64,000 bases of DNA, from positions 248,001 through 312,000 of IMG/VR virus record IMGVR_UViG_3300027985_000918. One strand, 5' to 3'. Each line of letters starts with the position of its first letter. The stretch's first letter is position 1. This document shows, one piece after another, positions 58,010 through 64,000 of the stretch. The notes under the pieces were generated by a model that was given only the letters and a program-made list of their open reading frames with translations, did not search any database and was not told the DNA's origin. The position numbers and the translations under genes were made by a program.

Positions 58010-58651
58010 CTATTCCTTGCCCGTCTTACTCTTCCGGGCCGCTTTAAGTGCCGCCGCAGCGTCGGCCACCCCGGTGCCCTTCGCTTCGGACCTCTTGACC
58101 TTAATGTCCCCCTTCACATCCGCCGACACGAGCTTGTCGGGGATGAACACAGGGGTGGGCTCATCCTGGATCGTACCCGAGGATTCCACCGACGTTCGAG
58201 GTACTGGAGAGCCAGCCACCTGCATGTTCGCCAGGGCGGCCAAGAGCCGGGACTCCATCCCTGCAAGCTGCACATGGACCTCTGCGGCTACCTCTTCCCT
58301 GGTGAGGCCTGGGGGGATCTTCTCCTCCAGTACCTGAGCCACCACTTGTGGGATCACCTGGATGAGCGCCGGAGGGGGGCTCGTGTGTGAAGTAGAAGGT
58401 GAAGCTAGGGGTTGGGGCAAAGGATTCTGGACCACGGGAGACACCCGGGGTCTCCGGGGAAGAGTTCTCCGCTCCTCAAACCTCTTGACGGGCCTAACGG
58501 AGACTGCCCCATTCTGACGAGCCCGGTGAAGATCCATTGATGCCTGAGCTTCCGCATAGGGGATGTACTGCTTGTCTCCCCGGTCGAGGGTCAGGCCCAG
58601 ATCTGGCAGCTCGATGTGTCGGCAAACGCCGGTGATTTCGGCTTCGATCAT
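58010..58651 (-). CDS. Hypothetical protein with Pro-rich linkers and basic C-terminus
   Basis: Start reassigned to the ATG at 58651 (ATGA overlap with the upstream stop); about 213 aa. Confidence 0.7.
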   Translation of the reverse strand: MIEAEITGVCRHIELPDLGLTLDRGDKQYIPYAEAQASMDLHRARQNGAVSVRPVKRFEERRTLPRRPRVSPVVQNPLPQPLASPSTSHTSPPPALIQVIPQVVAQVLEEKIPPGLTREEVAAEVHVQLAGMESRLLAALANMQVAGSPVPRTSVESSGTIQDEPTPVFIPDKLVSADVKGDIKVKRSEAKGTGVADAAAALKAARKSKTGKE

Positions 58652-59262
58652 TTGGTCGGATCCCCCTTGGCCAGATGCCGGACAATCTCCTCCACCAGTC
58701 TGCTCACGCACCTTTTCCTCCCCTTACGGATCGCCCTCTGCACGAAGGTAAACTTGGCGATACCCGGGTGAATCCAGGCGTCCTGTGTCTCGAAGGGGGC
58801 GAATCGGAGGATAACCCCTCCCCCCTTCTGCTTTAGGGGGACGATCAAAGGCAAACGCTCACCCTTGGATACCTTTCCCGACTTCTTCATACCCCTACGG
58901 CGTTCCCCGGGGGTCAGGTTGAACCGCTCAGGGTGCTCTTCTTTGTATTCCTGAGTCATCCAGGTCATTTTTCGGCTGGGGATGTCCCCAGAGGTCAGCT
59001 CTGGCATCCCATACCAGCTCGACTTGATGTCAATGGTGCTCTTACCCACGATGCGGAAACTCCAGGACTCCGCAAAATCGGGCCCCCCCTTCGGATCACG
59101 GACGGACCACCCCCTCTTGGCGAAGTCCTTGAGACCTTCCTCTATGATGGTCTCGATGAGGCACTTCGCCAGATCTTCCAGCACCTCCCGGGAGATTGGA
59201 ATCTTGGACATCTCCGACCAAGGTTTCCCATAGACACTCCGCACTCGACGGATATCACCCAT
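58648..59262 (-). CDS. Hypothetical basic protein, possible virion morphogenesis/neck protein
   Basis: 204 aa; WIHPG..K..F..RAI C-terminal motif seen in phage neck-region proteins. Confidence 0.55.
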   Translation of the reverse strand: MGDIRRVRSVYGKPWSEMSKIPISREVLEDLAKCLIETIIEEGLKDFAKRGWSVRDPKGGPDFAESWSFRIVGKSTIDIKSSWYGMPELTSGDIPSRKMTWMTQEYKEEHPERFNLTPGERRRGMKKSGKVSKGERLPLIVPLKQKGGGVILRFAPFETQDAWIHPGIAKFTFVQRAIRKGRKRCVSRLVEEIVRHLAKGDPTK

Positions 59263-59285
59263 GCGTCACCACACCGCTTCTTTCA

Positions 59286-59313
59286 GGTAACCCAAGCGGC
59301 CCCGCAAGTAGAT
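59286..59313 (+). promoter_or_regulatory. Candidate ECF-like promoter GGTAAC-N16-GTAGAT
   Basis: Upstream of the isolated plus-strand gene. Confidence 0.55.
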
Positions 59314-59335
59314 GAAACGAAGCAAGGAGAACCCT

Positions 59336-59779
59336 ATGCAGAACCTGACTGTGAGCGCCGTAAAGAACTTTTACCGCAACCCGAAAACCTCCGCCTTGCG
59401 GGTTGCCGTTTTGGCGGCCCGGGAAATCGCCGCCGAGCGGAGGACCCATGTCGATGGGTACATCAAACCGCTCTTGGCGGTGATGGACCTGCGGGACACG
59501 AAGGGAGAGCAGATTCTCGACACCAAGTGGCTCTTCCTCTGCGAGGATGAGGACGCCTGCACCGCATTCTACGCCGCCTGCGACGTGGCCCATCGGGAAC
59601 ACGGGTTCCATCTGGAACCTGGCTACTGCCCCGCCCTCGTGGCGGAGAGCAACGCCATCAACGCCGAGAACGCCCTCATCGAAGCGGCCTCCGCCCACTT
59701 CGAGGTGGACTTCACTCGCCTCTTCAAGCTGGAACAACGACGTCAGCTCTTGGACCTCCTAGTCAACGGCGTCTACTGA
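59336..59779 (+). CDS. Hypothetical protein (about 147 aa)
   Basis: AAGGAG RBS before the ATG at 59336; codon style matches the other plus-strand genes. Confidence 0.7.
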   Translation: MQNLTVSAVKNFYRNPKTSALRVAVLAAREIAAERRTHVDGYIKPLLAVMDLRDTKGEQILDTKWLFLCEDEDACTAFYAACDVAHREHGFHLEPGYCPALVAESNAINAENALIEAASAHFEVDFTRLFKLEQRRQLLDLLVNGVY

Positions 59780-59785
59780 GCTGCC

Positions 59786-61237
59786 TCAGTAGGACGTGTT
59801 CTCCCAGACCTTGGTTCGACCCCTCTTCTCGGTATTCTCGGGAACGCTGCCTTTCTCGCTCTGAAGAGGGGTCTCGGCGGGATCATCTGCCCCCTCAGGA
59901 TAGCTCGGACCTGCCCAACCCTCATCCTGGTCATAGGACCTCTCCCCAGTGACGGGCATCCTCGGGTAGATAGGGGCCTCCTGGCTAGGAAGAGGCCGGG
60001 TCTCCGGCCAGGCCAGATCTTCGGTGCCGTCGATAGGCACCCGGTAACGAATGTCGCCTTCGCTGAAGTAGCCAATGTTGAAATGTTGCTGAAGCATATT
60101 GCCCCGATGCGTCGGCCTGCGGACAGCACCAACACTGTACCTCTCGTTGGTCTGCTTCACGATGAAGTCCCGCTGGGTGATCAGCGGGGTAGGCCCCATC
60201 CAAACCTCGTAGGTATGCTCCTTACGACGGCCGTACATGGTCTGTGTGATTCGGCGCTCAGCGTCATCCGGGGCGATGATAATGTCGAAAGGACCGTCGT
60301 AACCACCAACGAAGCCTGTGCCATAGCAAATAAGGCAGTTGTTTTGTGGCTGGCTGTGGTACTCCAAGCTCCTGGGGTCCAGGGTGCAATCACAGGGGAT
60401 CCCGCTGTGCTTGCGAATGAACAGCTTCACCCTCTCTCCACCCTGCTGGAGAATCCAGTGGTTCCGCCGGACCGCCTCTTCCCAAATCCAGTCGATGCTC
60501 TCCACCTCAGCCGTGGATAGAGGACGACTCTGACTTAGAGGGGTTTCGCTGTACCCCGAGGGGGTCTCGGAATCGAGAACCACTGTGGTCAACCTGTACC
60601 AGATGAACCTATCGAGCCCTGAGACGTTGTAGTTCCGGAACGTCCAGTATTCGACCTCGACCACGGAGTCTTCAGTGGGGATGAGAGCGTTTACCGCCGA
60701 CTCCGTCCCCACATCGAACTGGGCCTGGTTGATGAGGGTCACCTCACCAGAACGCCCGAAGACGTCACCCACAGGAACCTCAACCCCGTCGATGTACAGA
60801 GTCACATCGTCCGGGGCATTTCCGTACACGGGAGCAGCACTATAGATGCTGTCCGTCCCCCTCTTGGCGATCCTCTTCTGAGTGCGGAACTGGAACTTTC
60901 GGTCGTTAGGCTTGTCACCCCTGAACACCCAGTCTTGGTTCCAGCGGACGGTCTCCCGGACAGGAATGATGTCGGTCTTGTCCTGGTAGTAGCACGAGCC
61001 GATGGGGTACTCGTTGATCCGGTAGAAAGGGCCACGGTCGGAGCTGTCAGAGCGGTAGATGTTCACCCCCACCACATGGTAGGCGGTGTTGCCGGACAGG
61101 AGGGCAGGATTTTCCCACCGGATGTCGTGGATACCCGGTGTGAACATGGACACGGCGGCCCCGTTCGTGGGTGGGAGTGGGTACCCCCCCGAACCGAATC
61201 CTGATCCCACACCCAACGGGTCCCATCCGGCCGTCAT
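59786..61237 (-). CDS. Neck/head-completion protein with Zn-binding motif
   Basis: GERVKLFIRK..G.PCDC...NCLICYGTGFVGGY motif seen in neck proteins of large myophages; 483 aa. Confidence 0.65.
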   Translation of the reverse strand: MTAGWDPLGVGSGFGSGGYPLPPTNGAAVSMFTPGIHDIRWENPALLSGNTAYHVVGVNIYRSDSSDRGPFYRINEYPIGSCYYQDKTDIIPVRETVRWNQDWVFRGDKPNDRKFQFRTQKRIAKRGTDSIYSAAPVYGNAPDDVTLYIDGVEVPVGDVFGRSGEVTLINQAQFDVGTESAVNALIPTEDSVVEVEYWTFRNYNVSGLDRFIWYRLTTVVLDSETPSGYSETPLSQSRPLSTAEVESIDWIWEEAVRRNHWILQQGGERVKLFIRKHSGIPCDCTLDPRSLEYHSQPQNNCLICYGTGFVGGYDGPFDIIIAPDDAERRITQTMYGRRKEHTYEVWMGPTPLITQRDFIVKQTNERYSVGAVRRPTHRGNMLQQHFNIGYFSEGDIRYRVPIDGTEDLAWPETRPLPSQEAPIYPRMPVTGERSYDQDEGWAGPSYPEGADDPAETPLQSEKGSVPENTEKRGRTKVWENTSY

Positions 61238-61242
61238 CTACC

Positions 61243-61587
61243 TCACTCCCCGCCGAGGGACCCCGGGAAGGGAGCCACGTTGGGGACCACCTGGACCTTG
61301 TTGTCCGGGGTGATCCTCCACGGGGTGCCCCTCTCAATCCCACAACGCTGTGCAATCCCGTCCATAACTTCCTGCCCCTTGGCCTCGATGGCGCCGATAC
61401 GCCCGAGCAGAGAGGCCTTCTTCACTTCGAGCTGGCCGATATGGTTGTAGACGGCGTTGGCCTGAGCCTGAAGTTGCTGGAGCTGGACCATCTCAGCCGG
61501 GGCCAGTTCGCCCACAAAACCCTCGGCCACCTTGTTCTCGTCGGTGGTTTCGGGGGCCTGCTGTGCGGTCTTGTTCTCTTCAAGCAT
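61243..61587 (-). CDS. Small coiled-coil hypothetical protein
   Basis: 114 aa ORF in the operon. Confidence 0.65.
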   Translation of the reverse strand: MLEENKTAQQAPETTDENKVAEGFVGELAPAEMVQLQQLQAQANAVYNHIGQLEVKKASLLGRIGAIEAKGQEVMDGIAQRCGIERGTPWRITPDNKVQVVPNVAPFPGSLGGE

Positions 61588-61647
61588 GATGTTTCCCCAT
61601 CTCAGTTACCCCCGCAACATGCGGGATGCCCCGACTGTACCCACCGG

Positions 61648-61899
61648 CTACACGTCCTGAACCTCATCCTCCACCTTCCTCTTGAGGGCGGTGAGAAAAT
61701 TCATCAAGTGAACCCCCAACCAAGACTGGAGGGTCAGCCGGCGGGCGGGGGTAATCCTGGTAGGGTGCCGGTAGAAAGAATAGTACACCACCCCATCCTG
61801 ATCCACGTACTTGTAGACCCGACGACCAACGACTGCCGCTTCCAGGATGCGCCGCTCCTCGCTCATTTCCTGGTCTTTGCTCTGCACCACATCCTCCAT
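61648..61899 (-). CDS. Small hypothetical protein
   Basis: 83 aa; GGAGG upstream; start uncertain. Confidence 0.55.
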   Translation of the reverse strand: MEDVVQSKDQEMSEERRILEAAVVGRRVYKYVDQDGVVYYSFYRHPTRITPARRLTLQSWLGVHLMNFLTALKRKVEDEVQDV

Positions 61900-62291
61900 C
61901 TCCGAGCCTCCTTCTTATCCTGGGGTGTGGCCTCCTTGAAACAGCCCGACCACCCGTACCGGAGGGCAGCCTGGTCCAAGGACATTCGGTGCCTCTCCAG
62001 GAGTTGTCTCTTGATGCCCTCCAGGTCACCGTTCATCCTGGTGACCCGCTTGCTCGACCTCTTGATCACCTTCCGCTGAACCCTCAGCTCGTCCAAAGGA
62101 ACCCCTTGAAGCTGCAAGGAGGAAGCGGGCTCGGAAGACTCCACTTCCACCACAACGATGGGATCTGCGGGGGCTGGCACTGGGGCAGATGCCGCTTCTT
62201 CGTTGGGGTTCCCTGGGGGGGAAGAAGAGCTTGGGGTATCTGCCGCCACGCACCCCCCAAGGAACAGGAGAGCCAGGAGGCTACTGGCCAC
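61863..62291 (-). CDS. Putative lipoprotein
   Basis: GTG at 62291 gives (M)ASSLLALLFLGGC, a lipobox-like signal, then a Pro/Ser linker and a coiled coil; 142 aa. Confidence 0.55.
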   Translation of the reverse strand: MASSLLALLFLGGCVAADTPSSSSPPGNPNEEAASAPVPAPADPIVVVEVESSEPASSLQLQGVPLDELRVQRKVIKRSSKRVTRMNGDLEGIKRQLLERHRMSLDQAALRYGWSGCFKEATPQDKKEARRWRMWCRAKTRK

Positions 62292-62541
62292 CTCTCTCCC
62301 GAAGAAGCTCTTTGATTTCCCGGATGTTGGCCTCGACGCCATTGAACTTTTCCTCCATGCGGAACAGCGTTTTTGAGTTCTGGCGAACCTCGGTGACCAC
62401 GTCAGCCGCCTCCGCCTGATCATCTTCCAGAACTGCCAACCTTACCTCCAGGCTCACTGCCCAGATCATAAGGGGGACGACAAGGGCCGAGAGGATCTTG
62501 AAGACCCACTCCCAGGTATTGCTGGTGGATTCGTCTGCCAT
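62281..62541 (-). CDS. Small single-TM coiled-coil membrane protein (holin/spanin-like candidate)
   Basis: 86 aa; TM WVFKILSALVVPLMIWAVSL followed by a coiled coil; AGGAGG RBS. Confidence 0.65.
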   Translation of the reverse strand: MADESTSNTWEWVFKILSALVVPLMIWAVSLEVRLAVLEDDQAEAADVVTEVRQNSKTLFRMEEKFNGVEANIREIKELLRERGGQ

Positions 62542-62586
62542 TCCGTCCTCCTTTCACGGCGGGGGCTCTTTTATCTGAAGTCGGAG

Positions 62587-62601
62587 TATAGTCAGAAGAA
62601 C
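62587..62601 (-). promoter_or_regulatory. Candidate late promoter motif variant (GTT-N6-ACTATA)
   Basis: Minus-strand GTTCTTCTGACTATA at the head of the structural operon. Confidence 0.4.
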
Positions 62602-62622
62602 GCAACCGCTAGGATAAGACCA

Positions 62623-63591
62623 ATGGCACTGCCACCCCACCTCCAAAAGTTCATGGACACCCCCATCCCCGTGCTCGATGACGGCCACGTTCAGCTTGTG
62701 GACGTGATGGGGGACGACATGACCATCGTGAATGCTGCCCGGGTCAGCTACGGCGCCGGGACCAAACGGGTCTCTCAGGACCGGCACCTCATCCGGTACC
62801 TCATGCGGCACCGGCATACCACCCCCTTAGAAATGTGCTCGATCACCTTCCGTGTTAGAGTCCCGATGGACACCTGGCGGCAGTGGATCCGGCATCGCAC
62901 GGCGTCCGTGAACGAGTACAGCACCCGCTACTCCGAGGCCATCGGCAGTGCCCAGCATGTCACCGAGTGGCGTGCTCAGGCTACCAACAACAAACAAGGG
63001 TCCTCGGGGGTCATCACCGAATGGCCTACCGACGACGTGGGCGTCGGAACCTCCTGGCACGAGCAGTTCCCAGGCACAGACAACTACGAGAACCCCGGCC
63101 AGTACCTCTCCGAACGGGAGGCCGCCCTGCACAAGCTGGCCCGTGAGGTATACGAAGAGCGCCTGGCTTTCGGCGTCTCCCGGGAGGTGGCCCGCAAAGA
63201 CCTGCCGCTGAGCACCTACACTGAAGCGTGGTGGAAGATGGACCTCCACAACCTCTTCCACTTCCTCCGCCTCCGTTTGGACCCCCATGCCCAGCAGGAG
63301 ATCCGGGAGTACGCCAGTGCCATCGCCCAGATTGTGCAGTCGTGGGTGCCTTGGGCTTGGGAGGCATTCGAGGACTACCAGCTCAACGGCCTGTACCTCA
63401 CCCGCTTCGAGGTGGCAGGTCTGAAGGCCCTGCTTTCCGAGCTGGGCAACCTGTCGGGCGGTGATACCGAGGCTGCCACCCTCATGGCGCTCAAAGGTTC
63501 GGGTCTGCCCAAGGGCCGGGAGAAGCAGGAGTTCCAGGATAAACTGGTCAAACTCCTGCCCTGTGTCAGACGTGTTTCAACGAGTACCTGA
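62623..63591 (+). CDS. thyX: FAD-dependent thymidylate synthase
   Basis: RHRTASVNEYSTRY ThyX motif, NAARVSY, RHRHTTPLEM, E.AR..LP and HAQ.EIR.YA. Confidence 0.97.
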   Translation: MALPPHLQKFMDTPIPVLDDGHVQLVDVMGDDMTIVNAARVSYGAGTKRVSQDRHLIRYLMRHRHTTPLEMCSITFRVRVPMDTWRQWIRHRTASVNEYSTRYSEAIGSAQHVTEWRAQATNNKQGSSGVITEWPTDDVGVGTSWHEQFPGTDNYENPGQYLSEREAALHKLAREVYEERLAFGVSREVARKDLPLSTYTEAWWKMDLHNLFHFLRLRLDPHAQQEIREYASAIAQIVQSWVPWAWEAFEDYQLNGLYLTRFEVAGLKALLSELGNLSGGDTEAATLMALKGSGLPKGREKQEFQDKLVKLLPCVRRVSTST

Positions 63592-63917
63592 ACAACCGCC
63601 TCACTTCCTGCCCCCACCTCAAAATCACTTCCCTGCGGGACACCGCCCGAAGCAACGCCAAATCCCGTAAGGTCCCTTTCGACATCCCCCAAGGATCATC
63701 TGCACTGCTTGTGGGATTCCCAGGAAGGGCGGATACCTCCGTCAGCCTTGATCGCAAGATCCCCGAGCTTGGGTATGTTGAGGGGAATGTGGTGCTGGCC
63801 TGCTGGGCCTTCAACCGCATGAGGCAAGATTTCAAACTTGATGTTCTGGTGAACTGCCGCCGGTTCCTCGATCGGCATGAGGCGGAGCAGTGCAAGGCGG
63901 ACTACACCTTTACGTGA
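63543..63917 (+). pseudogene. Degenerate HNH-like (His-Me finger) endonuclease remnant
   Basis: Startless frame with CQTC, AKSRKVPFDI and SLDRKIPELGYVEGNVVLACWAFNRMR; the family-typical LWDSQEGR segment lies in a shifted frame. Confidence 0.7.
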
Positions 63918-64000
63918 TCCAAAGCGCCACCACGGGTGCCATCAAAATAGGACGGTCCTCTGACCCGGAACGTCGCCTCCGAGACCTCCAAACCGGCTCC

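Noticed and set aside
1-64000. Alternative genetic code, tRNA/rRNA genes, CRISPR array, integrase or transposase
   Set aside because: TAA, TAG and TGA all terminate tightly packed genes under code 11; no cloverleaf, repeat-spacer array or recombinase motifs were seen by eye.

Overview
The window is the neck/tail morphogenesis region of a large, GC-rich myovirus-type (probably jumbo) phage. Almost all structural genes lie on the minus strand. In transcription order they encode: small membrane protein and lipoprotein, neck protein, a Pro-rich protein, an actin-like ATPase, a GroES-like co-chaperonin, putative tail terminator, FmdB-like Zn-ribbon, very large tail sheath (1772 aa), tail tube, two chaperone-like proteins, tape measure, two paralogous tube-initiator-like proteins, baseplate hub with an embedded M15-type peptidase, gp5-like spike, a 3900-aa virion protein, gp25-like, baseplate J-like and KPAH wedge proteins, a beta-helix fibre, and a further structural gene cut by the left edge. 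Small plus-strand islands interrupt the cluster (DUF4419 pair; tandem HTH, Hc1-like, metallophosphoesterase; an orphan), and thyX with a decayed HNH gene lies divergently at the right end. Main non-annotated signals: (1) an apparently shared structured RNA motif in the long leaders of the sheath gene and of the gene after the tube; (2) two strand-specific promoter-like motifs, GGT-N6-CCTATA before structural genes and GGTAAC-N16/17-GTA before island genes; (3) an actin-like ATPase/partner/GroES module inside the neck cluster. All product calls come from motif recognition and synteny by eye; no database searches were run.
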